NCBI GenBank assembly: GCA_963756715.1
Contig: CAVWOV010000035.1
Coordinates: 85,728 to 149,727 of the forward strand
DNA: 64,000 nt
Reading direction: 5' to 3'
DNA from: an uncultured Alphaproteobacteria bacterium
Lineage (GTDB): Bacteria; Pseudomonadota; Alphaproteobacteria; Rhizobiales; Xanthobacteraceae
Made by a program: the position numbers and the translations under genes. Below the pieces are notes generated by a model. The model had not been told where the DNA came from. It made no database searches and saw only the letters and a list, made by a program, of their open reading frames with translations. Below are positions 20,247 through 28,327 of this stretch, piece after piece; position 1 is the stretch's first letter; each line of letters starts with the position of its first letter.

Positions 20247-21290
20247 CTACATTTTCTTCTCACCGCCGGGTATCAGGAGCTTTGCCAATTTGGACTTGAA
20301 TGCCGGATCGAGCTCGTAAAGGCCGGCCATCAGTTTTGCGATCGTCGGGCCATCGACCGGATCGATGTCCACCTTGGATTTTTTTGCGTCCTGCAGAAGC
20401 TCGGGATCGCGCAGCGTTTCCATGAACGCCTTTTGCAAAAGCTGGAGACGATCTTGAGGAAGGCCGGGCGGCGTGGTGAAAGGTCGCGCACCCTGAGAAT
20501 AGGGGCCATTGGCAATGCTAAGAAGCTTCCGCGCCTCATCGGTCTTGGCATACTGGATTGCCCGAGGCACATTCTTGAGTTGCGGATTGGACTTCTCAGT
20601 CGTCTGCAGGACGATGTGTACCTCACCCGACTGCAGCCCCTTCGCCCATGTCGGCTTGATCGATTCCCAAGCCCAGCAGCCGCCATCGATCTCTCCGGAC
20701 TCAGCCGCCAGCCGGATCTTGGCGGTGCCTTTGTATCCCTCGACAAGTTTCATCGGCAGTTCCAGCGCCGCCTGCACGAGCCGTGGCACGTCGTCTGTGG
20801 TGGAGCCCGGACCCGTGCCTCCAATCTTGATCGGCCTCTTGGACTTGAACCAGTCGTCCATCGTGTTGATGCCGCTGGCTTTGGTCAAAGCGCAGACACC
20901 CGAGTCAGGCGTGGGAACTCCGAGCCAGCCAAACTTTCTGCCGTCAAACTTGGCCGCTTTGTTCCCCAGCACCTGTTGGAGCACCAGGGGCCCGATCCAG
21001 TTGCCGATCACTGTCCCGTCGTGCGGGGCTTGATTGTAGATATAATTGGCGGCGATCAGGCTTCCGGCTCCGGTTCTGTTTTCCACCACCACCGTGGGGT
21101 TGCCGGGGAGATGTTTTGCGAAGTGCCGCGCTATCAGGCGGGTATAGGTGTCGAAACCTCCGCCGGCCGAGAAGCCGACAACGAAGGTGACAGTCTTGCC
21201 CTTGTAAAATTCATCCGCTGGCGCTCGCGATATGACGACGAGAGAAAGCGCAGCGATCGTTGCTGGAAGTAGCCAGGTTCGTTGTTTCAT
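20247..21290 (-). CDS. TctC/Bug-like periplasmic substrate-binding protein
   Basis: ATG at 21290 (MKQRTWLLPATIAALSLVVISRAPA signal peptide). ..VGFSAGGGFDTYTRL..VVVENRTGAGS.. resembles the Bug/TctC core. Lies upstream of the tctBA-like gene on the same strand. Confidence 0.7.
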   Translation of the reverse strand: MKQRTWLLPATIAALSLVVISRAPADEFYKGKTVTFVVGFSAGGGFDTYTRLIARHFAKHLPGNPTVVVENRTGAGSLIAANYIYNQAPHDGTVIGNWIGPLVLQQVLGNKAAKFDGRKFGWLGVPTPDSGVCALTKASGINTMDDWFKSKRPIKIGGTGPGSTTDDVPRLVQAALELPMKLVEGYKGTAKIRLAAESGEIDGGCWAWESIKPTWAKGLQSGEVHIVLQTTEKSNPQLKNVPRAIQYAKTDEARKLLSIANGPYSQGARPFTTPPGLPQDRLQLLQKAFMETLRDPELLQDAKKSKVDIDPVDGPTIAKLMAGLYELDPAFKSKLAKLLIPGGEKKM

Positions 21291-21524
21291 AACTTGCTCC
21301 CTCCGCTTTTGTTGAAATGACTCTGGATCATTTTTGTTGATTTGACTGTGGATCATACAGCCGGCCGGGACCATCCTGATCTGTCGCGACGATCTGTCGC
21401 GACAGATTGGTTTCCGCCAACGCCGACTGGCTCAGCACCAATGAATACCGGGTTTGCCGCGAGCCTTTTGCATCGGCGCAAAGCAACAGGATTCAGGAAA
21501 CGAGCCCGTCAGGCGGAGGAATCT

Positions 21525-21995
21525 ATGAAGATCGTTGTCATCGGCGGCACCGGCCTGATCGGCTCGAAGACCGTCGCCATTCTGCGCCGGGGCGGCCACG
21601 AGGTCGTCGCCGCTTCGCCCAATACCGGCGTCAACACCATCACCGGCGAGGGCCTCAAAGAAGTCATGGCCGGCACGCAGGTGGTGATCGACCTCGCCAA
21701 TTCGCCCTCATTTGAAGACAAGGCGGTGCTGGAATTCTTTGAGACCTCCGGTCGCAACCTTCTCACGGCGGAGGCCGTAGCGGGCGTCCGGTACCATGTC
21801 GCCTATCCATCGTCGGAACCGACCGGAGCCCAGACAATGGCTATTTCCGCGCCAAGGTCGCCCAAGAGAAACTGATCAAGGCCTCCGGCATCCCCTACAC
21901 CATCATCCGTTCGACCCAGTTCCTGGAATTCCTCCGCGGCATCGTCGCTTCAAGTGCGGACGGAAACATCGTCAGGATATCGCCCGGCTATTCCA
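21525..21995 (+). pseudogene. NmrA/SDR-like NAD(P)H-binding protein, disrupted and 3'-degenerate
   Basis: GGAGGA RBS then MKIVVIGGTGLIGSK.. (Rossmann GxxGxxG). The frame is lost near 21800-21806 (..GVRYHVA|LSIVGTDRSPDNGYFRAKVAQEKLIKASGIPYTIIRSTQFLEF.. continues in another frame). It is lost again near 21975, and no recognisable C-terminus follows. Confidence 0.7.
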
Positions 21996-22165
21996 ACCCA
22001 AGCTGCGGTGCACGTTGACGCAATTTGTTCGAATGCCGCGTCCGGATTCCGAAGTTTGCATCAGAGATGCGCAACCACATCTCGCAGTAGTGGCAACCCA
22101 GGTACGGTCGGCATCTTCCGCCCGATGTTTGCGTTGGGCGAGACATCGCATTCGCGTCATAACAA

Positions 22166-22231
22166 CCGCTGCTGCATTTGCTCACGGCGTTCCTGGAGCC
22201 GCTGCTGCATTTGCTCACGGCGTCCTGGAAC
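22166..22231. repeat. 33-nt tandem duplication (2 copies)
   Basis: CCGCTGCTGCATTTGCTCACGGCGT occurs at 22166-22190 and again at 22199-22223 with similar 8-nt tails. On the minus strand one frame reads ..QERREQMQQRLQERREQMQQRLL-stop. Confidence 0.8.
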
Positions 22232-22363
22232 TCGTCGCGCCGTACAGCGAGCTGCTCGAAGTTTTGCATCCGGCAGTAAGCAGACATTGACGGTTTTTGT
22301 GGAGTACAAGCCTGAGCAGGGCGGCGGCGTGCGCCGCCGATTCAAATTTTCAGGAGTGAGTGA

Positions 22364-23194
22364 ATGACGCAAGCACAAGACGTGATGGTGCGCTACGAAA
22401 CGGACGACAGGGTCAGCATCATCACGCTCGACCGCGCCTCCAAGCTGAACGCGATCAATTCGGCGATGAAGGATCAGATCATCGCGGCGTTCGCGCGCGC
22501 CGAGAAGGATGCGGCGACATCCGTCGTCGTCCTGCGCGCGGAAGGCCGCAGCTTTTCCGCCGGCTTCGATATCGGCATGTCGCCGGATCGCGGCAAGTCC
22601 GACGGCGCGGCCGATCCCAATACCTGGGATCCGATCCTGCACCGCAGCTTCGATTTCGGCATGGCGCCGTGGTCGAACACCAAGCCGGTGATCGCTTCGG
22701 TCCAGGGCCACGTGCTGGGCGGCGGCTGCGAGTTGACGATGATGTGCGACCTGACGATCGCCGCGGATGACGCCAAGTTCGGCGAGCCCGAGGTACGATT
22801 TTCCCATCTGGGGCCGGTGATGGTGATGCCGTGGATCATCGGCCTCAAGCGGGCGCGCGAGATGCTGCTGTTCGGCGACCTGATCGACGCCAAAACCGCG
22901 CTGGAATTCGGCATGATCAATCGCGTGGTCCCGGCGGCCGACTTGCGCGAGGCCACGATGAAATATGCCAAGCGGCTGTCGCAGATCTCGCCGGAAGCGT
23001 TGCGCTGGGGCAAGCGGGTGATCAACCGGGGTGCCGAGATTGCCGGCTTCCGGGCGGCGATTGAATCCGGGGTCGACTCGTTCGTGGCGCTCTATGCCAC
23101 CAAGACCCAGGTGGGCGAGGAGTTCGGCCGCATCGTCCAGGAGAAGAACCTCAAGGCGGCGCTCGATTGGCGGGCGGCGCAATTCCGCGAATAG
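22364..23194 (+). CDS. Enoyl-CoA hydratase/isomerase (crotonase) family protein
   Basis: 276-aa ORF. ..ITLDRASKLNAI.., ..RAEGRSFSAGFDI.., ..GHVLGGGCELTMMCD.. are the crotonase oxyanion-hole regions. Confidence 0.9.
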   Translation: MTQAQDVMVRYETDDRVSIITLDRASKLNAINSAMKDQIIAAFARAEKDAATSVVVLRAEGRSFSAGFDIGMSPDRGKSDGAADPNTWDPILHRSFDFGMAPWSNTKPVIASVQGHVLGGGCELTMMCDLTIAADDAKFGEPEVRFSHLGPVMVMPWIIGLKRAREMLLFGDLIDAKTALEFGMINRVVPAADLREATMKYAKRLSQISPEALRWGKRVINRGAEIAGFRAAIESGVDSFVALYATKTQVGEEFGRIVQEKNLKAALDWRAAQFRE

Positions 23195-23321
23195 GGCGGC
23201 CTCCCGTCGGCAGCAGCTTGATCGAGCAGGAAGGAACTCGCCCGTAGGCAGATTCCCGAGAACCCGATAACATCGGATTCCATTGATTCGTCGCTGGGAC
23301 TCACAGCCGAGGAGATGGCAG

Positions 23322-23972
23322 GTGGCGGGCTCGATCATCACTGTGGCGACCATGAAGGGCGGCAGCGGCAAGAGCACCGTTGCGAGCTGCCTGGCGGTGT
23401 ATTGGCAGCTTTGCGGCCGCCGTCCGACAATCATCGACGCCGATCCGCAGCGCTCGATTGCGCGGCTTGCGACCCGTGAACGGGCGCTCGGCGGCGTGCC
23501 GGTGGTCGAAGACGCGACCGAGTGGGCGTCGGTGACGGCGCATCAACTGGCGGCCAGCGGCGGCCCGGTTATCATCGATACCCCGGGGTTTCGCTCCGAG
23601 ACCACGCTCGCCTGCCTCGAGGCGACCGATTTCGTCCTGGTTCCGGTCAAGCCGTCGCCGTTCGACGTCGACCGCATGCTGGACACGCTCAATATCCTGA
23701 TCAATGGCGCGAGCAGCCGGCGGCCGGCGTTCCGCTGCCTGCTGACCCAGACCACCCGCGATTCCGTCATCGCCAAGCACATTCGCGACGAACTCGCCGA
23801 AGCCGGGTTCCCCCTGCTCAAGAGCGAGATGACGAACCGCGTCGTCTACGCGGAGGCCGCGCTCTGGGGCGCGACGCCTAGCCTGATCGACAGAATGGGA
23901 CCTGCTGCTCGCGAGATCGCGGCGATCGCCGAGGAGATCGACGGGCTCATGGGTCTCAGGCAGGCGGCCTGA
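23322..23972 (+). CDS. ParA/MinD-family P-loop ATPase (orphan, no ParB seen)
   Basis: Deviant Walker A ATMKGGSGKST, and IIDTPG. Preferred start is GTG 23322, 7 nt after GAGGAG; the ORF track starts at TTG 23283. Stop lies 2 nt before the next ATG. Confidence 0.8.
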   Translation: MAGSIITVATMKGGSGKSTVASCLAVYWQLCGRRPTIIDADPQRSIARLATRERALGGVPVVEDATEWASVTAHQLAASGGPVIIDTPGFRSETTLACLEATDFVLVPVKPSPFDVDRMLDTLNILINGASSRRPAFRCLLTQTTRDSVIAKHIRDELAEAGFPLLKSEMTNRVVYAEAALWGATPSLIDRMGPAAREIAAIAEEIDGLMGLRQAA

Positions 23973-23974
23973 GC

Positions 23975-24565
23975 ATGAGCACGAAGAAGCTGCCCAAGGC
24001 CATCCGGACCACCGCCGCCGAGATGCGCGATGCAGCGGCCGGAACTGCGGCGTACGAGACGACGCCGCCCGACCTGAAGGTGGTGCCGGCGCCCGCCAAG
24101 GATGCGCCGACTGCTTCCGGCGCCGGGGAGGCGGTGCTCCATCCGCTCGTGCCGGTCGCGCCCGACGCGGCGCAGCGGCTGACCTGGGCGCGCGACGTGG
24201 TGCAGCGTCACGCCGCCTATTCGGTGGTCGGCGGCATCATTCCGTTGCCGATCGTCAATTTTGCCAGCGTCGCGACCATCAACGTCCGGATGGTCAAGAT
24301 GCTGGGCGAACTCTATGGCGTGCCGTTCGAGCGCAACCGCGCGCGGGCCATGGTCATCGGCCTGATGGGTGGCATCATGCCGACCGGCGTCGGCGCGCTC
24401 ACGACCTCGACGCTGCTCAATATTCTTCCGGGCGCCAATCTCATCGGCCTTGCGATGTCCTCGGTCACCGCGGCGGCCTGCACCCGCGGCATCGGCCGGA
24501 TCTTCGTCGAGCATTTCGAAAGCGGGGCGACGACGTTTGCGCTCCCCGCGATCAAACCGCGCTGA
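23975..24565 (+). CDS. DUF697 (YcjF-type) domain protein, paralogue a
   Basis: ..GGIIPLPIVNFASVATINVRMVKMLGELYGVPFERNRARAMV..NILPGANLIGLAMSSVTAAACTRGIGRIFVEHFESG matches my recollection of the DUF697 core (PiP..D....Q..M...i...YG.....; ..PG.G......a...T.a.G.....F). Tightly coupled to the ParA-like gene. Confidence 0.7.
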   Translation: MSTKKLPKAIRTTAAEMRDAAAGTAAYETTPPDLKVVPAPAKDAPTASGAGEAVLHPLVPVAPDAAQRLTWARDVVQRHAAYSVVGGIIPLPIVNFASVATINVRMVKMLGELYGVPFERNRARAMVIGLMGGIMPTGVGALTTSTLLNILPGANLIGLAMSSVTAAACTRGIGRIFVEHFESGATTFALPAIKPR

Positions 24566-24611
24566 CCGTCGATCCGCGGGTGATCCGCCGGGTCACCTGC
24601 GCAAGTCTGGC

Positions 24612-26453
24612 TCACGGGGTGGCCGGTTGCTCCTTGATCTCCGGCTCCGGCATGACTTCGCGAATCCGGCTGCGGTCACCTTCCGTATGCAGCGTTAGAT
24701 GCCGGTTATGGAACACCTTGAGCGTCGAGCGGTGCCCGATCGATATGATGGTCGTGGTTGGCAGCCGCTCGTGCAGCAGGCGGTAGACGCGGGCTTCGGC
24801 GGGTTCGTCCAGCGACGCCGACGCCTCATCGAGAAACAGATAGTCCGGCGCATGCAGGATGGCGCGCGCGATGCCGAGACGCTGCTGCTCGCCGAGCGAC
24901 AGAATCCGGTTCCAGTGTGCTTCGTCGGTTAGCCGCTGCGCGAGCGCCGGCAGCCCGACCGCCACCAGCACCTCGGAGACGCATGCCGATTCGAAGGCGC
25001 CCGCCTCCGCCGGATAGCTCACCGCTTCCTCGAGGCTGGCGACCGGGAAGTAGGGCCGTTGCGGCAGGATCATGAGCTTGGCGCCGCGCGGCACCACGAT
25101 GTTGCCGGTGGCGAACGGCCACAGGCCGGCAACCGCGCGGAAGAAGGTGGATTTGCCGCCACCCGACGGCCCCGTCACCAGGGCGTGCTGGCCGGCCTCG
25201 ATGACGATGTCATCGCTGGCGACGAGCGGCGCACCGGAGGGCAGCCGGACCGACAACCCTTCGATCGTCAGCCCGGTCTTGGTTTCGTGGGCGGTGACGT
25301 CGACCCGCGGCGACGAGGCGGTGGCAGCGCGCGCGACCGCGATCGAGTGGTCGAAGCCGTCGAGCCGGGCGATCACGGCGCGCCATTCGGCGAAATCTTT
25401 ATAGATCGTGATGAAGAACGACAGTGCACCCTGCACGCTGTTGAAAGCCGAGGAGGTCTGCACCAGGGCGCCAAGCTGGATCACACCGGAAAAATAGGCC
25501 GGGCTGACGACAACGATCGGAAAAACGATCGAAATCTGGGTGTAGCCGGTGGTGAAGAACGTGAGTCCCTTCTGCCGTGACATGATGAGATGCCAGTTGC
25601 GGACGACGTTGCCGAAGCGGCTGTACAGCCGCTTTGATTCGGTCTTTTCGCCGCCCAGCATGGCGATCTGCTCGGAGTTCTCCAGCACGCGCACCAGATT
25701 GAAGCGGAAGTCCGCCTCGTATCGCTGCTGGTTGAAATTGAGCGGAATGAGCCGCCAGCCGATCCAGTGCGTGATCGCCGTGCCGGCAACCGCGTAGATC
25801 AATGCCGCCCATACCAGATAGCCCGGGATCGTGGTGATCTCGAAGCCAAATATCTGGAATGGTGCGGCGTTCGACAGCGTCCACAGGATGACGATGAACG
25901 ACGCCAGTGTCACCACCGCGCTCAGCATCCCGACGCCGATCGTCAGCGTGCGCTCGATGAACAGCCTGATGTCTTCAGCGATGCGCTGATCGGGATTGTC
26001 GGCGGTGTCGCCGAGCAACTGCATGCGATAATGCGTGGCGTCGTCCAGCCAGTTGTCGAGATACTGCCGGGTCATCCAGCGGCGCCAGCGGATCTGCAGC
26101 CACTGATTCAGGTACAGCTTGTAGACGTGCAACACCGTCGCGGCGGTCGCAAGGACGCAGTAGTACAAAAGCTGGTGGACAAAGACATCCCAATCCCTGC
26201 CCTGCAGGGCATTGTAGAAACTGTTCTGCCAATACGTGAGCAGGACCGTGACGCCGACGAGGCTGAGTTCGACGGCGATCACCGCGGCAAGCAAAACGCG
26301 GCCGGGCCAGCGATCCTCCGATCGAAAGTATGGGATGGCGAGCCGCCAGATGGTGGAAAACGACGAGACGATGCCGGTCACAGGGCTCTCCGACAGGTTT
26401 GCTTCGGTATGGGTTGCATATTGCCAATCGTCGCTCGCGTTTCGATCGGACAT
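24612..26453 (-). CDS. SbmA/BacA-type (ABC_membrane_2, YddA/BclA-like) transmembrane domain fused to an ABC ATPase
   Basis: 613-aa ORF. N-terminal TMD ..FRSEDRWPGRVLLAAVIAVELSLVGVTVLLTYWQNSFYNALQ..NPDQRIAEDIRLF.., and C-terminal Walker A GPSGGGKST, signature LSLGEQQRLGIARA, Walker B LFLDEASASLD. Confidence 0.8.
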   Translation of the reverse strand: MSDRNASDDWQYATHTEANLSESPVTGIVSSFSTIWRLAIPYFRSEDRWPGRVLLAAVIAVELSLVGVTVLLTYWQNSFYNALQGRDWDVFVHQLLYYCVLATAATVLHVYKLYLNQWLQIRWRRWMTRQYLDNWLDDATHYRMQLLGDTADNPDQRIAEDIRLFIERTLTIGVGMLSAVVTLASFIVILWTLSNAAPFQIFGFEITTIPGYLVWAALIYAVAGTAITHWIGWRLIPLNFNQQRYEADFRFNLVRVLENSEQIAMLGGEKTESKRLYSRFGNVVRNWHLIMSRQKGLTFFTTGYTQISIVFPIVVVSPAYFSGVIQLGALVQTSSAFNSVQGALSFFITIYKDFAEWRAVIARLDGFDHSIAVARAATASSPRVDVTAHETKTGLTIEGLSVRLPSGAPLVASDDIVIEAGQHALVTGPSGGGKSTFFRAVAGLWPFATGNIVVPRGAKLMILPQRPYFPVASLEEAVSYPAEAGAFESACVSEVLVAVGLPALAQRLTDEAHWNRILSLGEQQRLGIARAILHAPDYLFLDEASASLDEPAEARVYRLLHERLPTTTIISIGHRSTLKVFHNRHLTLHTEGDRSRIREVMPEPEIKEQPATP

Positions 26454-26772
26454 TTCGCCAGCCCGGACCGTCCGGCGCTGACGTGAACAAGGCCACTCGC
26501 CTCATGCGATCTATTGCGCCGGCCGACAGTCGTGCGGCCAAGCGAGAGGATGCCGATACCGAGCTTCCGCCGCCGCGTCACCGGGTGACGAATTCTTCTG
26601 CCCCGTGAACGGATTGGCGTTCTCAATTGCAGTATAAACTCCGGTACCCAGTTGCGATGACGCGGCTGTGATTTTGCTGCCGCGCGACTCGTCTTCAGAA
26701 GTCCGCATCATTCTTGCCGCAGAGTCCGACATGCAGATTTCTGAACCAAAGCCACACTAGATCAATAAGTTG

Positions 26773-26846
26773 CTAGTGTCCTCGATTCCGAAGTTCGAAA
26801 ACGACCGTGCCGCGGAATGATACGAACTTCGGAATCGGACCACGAG
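26773..26846. repeat. Long hairpin of the 20071-20147 family, immediately 3' of the MbtH-like gene stop
   Basis: CTAGTGTCCTCGATTCCGAAGTTCG-N25-CGAACTTCGGAATCGGACCACGAG. Preceded by ATAAGTTG, as is hairpin B at 20153-20160. Stem positions differ from hairpin A but pairing is kept. Confidence 0.8.
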
Positions 26847-26848
26847 CG

Positions 26849-27121
26849 TCAGTGCTTGTTCGTCGAATCCGGCGTGGCGACTGAATCTTCCGTCTGCCGG
26901 TTCATTTCAGCAGCTTCCTGCATGCTTCTGATCAGGCTATTTGGACGCATGTCGGTCCAATTCCGGTTGATGAATTCAAGGCAGGCCGCGCGGCTGTCCT
27001 CCTTGTGGACGATCGTCCAGCCCTCCGGGACTTCGATGAAGGTCGGCCAAAGGGAATGCTGTCCCTCGTCGTTGACCAGCACGTGGTAGATGCCATTTTC
27101 ATCTTCAAACGGATTTGTCAC
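26849..27121 (-). CDS. mbtH: MbtH-like protein
   Basis: [50 protein letters not shown] is the MbtH signature with its three conserved Trp. Preferred start is GTG 27121 after AGGGAG; the ORF track starts at TTG 27175. Confidence 0.9.
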   Translation of the reverse strand: MTNPFEDENGIYHVLVNDEGQHSLWPTFIEVPEGWTIVHKEDSRAACLEFINRNWTDMRPNSLIRSMQEAAEMNRQTEDSVATPDSTNKH

Positions 27122-27200
27122 ATCGGTCTCCCTTGACCACGCCAAGCGTGCGGCCGTCGGCTCCGTTAAGGTCAATCAGTCGGCGACGCTTCCCGTCAAG

Positions 27201-27265
27201 CTAGCGGAGTGGATTTGACATTCGTTACCCACCTCGCCGCGAGTCTGCGCAGCGAATGTCAAGTC
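27201..27265. repeat. Hairpin of the 20161-20240 family, inverted copy with a degraded right arm
   Basis: CTAGCGGAGTGGATTTGACATTCGTT-loop-AGCGAATGTCAAGTC. The loop acccacctcgccgcgagtctgcgc is close to the reverse complement of the hairpin B loop (ttacagactcgcggcaaggtggggt). Confidence 0.75.
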
Positions 27266-27575
27266 GGTCGCGTTGCTGGCGGCGTGGCCGCTTCCATACG
27301 GTCTTTTTACGGTAGCCGGAGCTTTTTTGAAGCAGCATTCGATCAAATATTCCTATTAATAGCCATCTTTCGCAAGTAGGCGGCTCGGAAATACTGTATA
27401 GCCACTTGGCACCGGTTCCGCACGTATGTTAGTATTCTTGGAATTCTCGTGCTGATGAGGCGGTGTTAACGCAGGGTCGATTTTTGACGCTTGGCAAGGG
27501 ATCGGACGTGGCTCCGTCCGCGGGCGCGAGCGCGATACAGCAACGCGATACAAGCCAATACGAAAGGATCCGTAG

Positions 27576-28220
27576 ATGTCACAGGAAGCGACCGGTTCGG
27601 GCACGGCCGAGATAAAGGATCCAGCCGTCGAGGCTGCCCCGCCCCCGATGACGATCGAAGAGCGCGACGAAGCTGCGGAAAAGCTGGTCGACCGTTTCAC
27701 GTTATGGTCCGGGGGCGCCGGGCTTATTCCGATCCCGCTGGTCGACATCGCGGCGGTTGGCGGCGTCCAGATCCAGATGCTGCGACGCCTTTCCGAACTT
27801 TACGATGTTCCGTTTTCCGAGAATGCCGGGAAATCCGTGCTGGCAAGTCTGGCCGGGTCGCTGATTCCCGCCAGTGCCGCCAGTACGACTGCGATGGGGC
27901 TCACCAGCGCGCTGAAGCTGATCCCGGGAATCGGCACGATCATCGCCGCGGTGACCATGCCGGCGTTTTCGGCCGGCGCCACCTATTTGATCGGAAAAGT
28001 GTTCATCCAGCACTTTGCGTCAGGCGGAACGCTTCTTGATTTCAACCCGCCCGACTATCGCGAGTTCATCAAGGCGCAGAAAGAGAAGCTGGACGCGCAG
28101 AAGGATAAATTGACGGCCCAAAAGGACAAGTTGACGGCCCGCTATCGCCGGTCGCCGCCCGCCGCTCAGCCCGAATCTCCGCCCCCAAGCGCGTCGAATA
28201 ATGCGCCCGCGGGCACGTGA
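27576..28220 (+). CDS. DUF697 (YcjF-type) domain protein, paralogue b, with C-terminal heptad repeats and Pro-rich tail
   Basis: AAAGGA RBS. ..GLIPIPLVDIAAVGGVQIQMLRRLSELYDVPFSENAGKSVL..LKLIPGIGTIIAAVTMPAFSAGATYLIGKVFIQHFASGG aligns residue-for-residue with 23975..24565. C-terminal AQKEKLDAQKDKLTAQKDKLTA. Confidence 0.7.
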   Translation: MSQEATGSGTAEIKDPAVEAAPPPMTIEERDEAAEKLVDRFTLWSGGAGLIPIPLVDIAAVGGVQIQMLRRLSELYDVPFSENAGKSVLASLAGSLIPASAASTTAMGLTSALKLIPGIGTIIAAVTMPAFSAGATYLIGKVFIQHFASGGTLLDFNPPDYREFIKAQKEKLDAQKDKLTAQKDKLTARYRRSPPAAQPESPPPSASNNAPAGT

Positions 28221-28327
28221 TCGTATTTGACGCGGACAAGGATCCCTCTGGAAGATGACCCCGATGCCCAGGTGTCAGGTGGCGGGTCTGTCAGGGGAGA
28301 ACGCAGCGGAGAGGGAGAATTGATATA

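Noticed and set aside
23322-23972. ParA as evidence for a plasmid or ICE partition locus.
   Set aside because: No ParB, centromere repeats, replication, conjugation or integrase genes are in the window. The tight coupling is to a DUF697 gene instead.
20161-27265. Inverted hairpin copies B and D as terminal inverted repeats of a 7-kb transposon.
   Set aside because: There is no transposase or target-site duplication. The tctC-like gene inside pairs functionally with tctBA outside. The elements are themselves palindromes, so orientation is defined only by the loop. A REP-like dispersed element is the simpler explanation.
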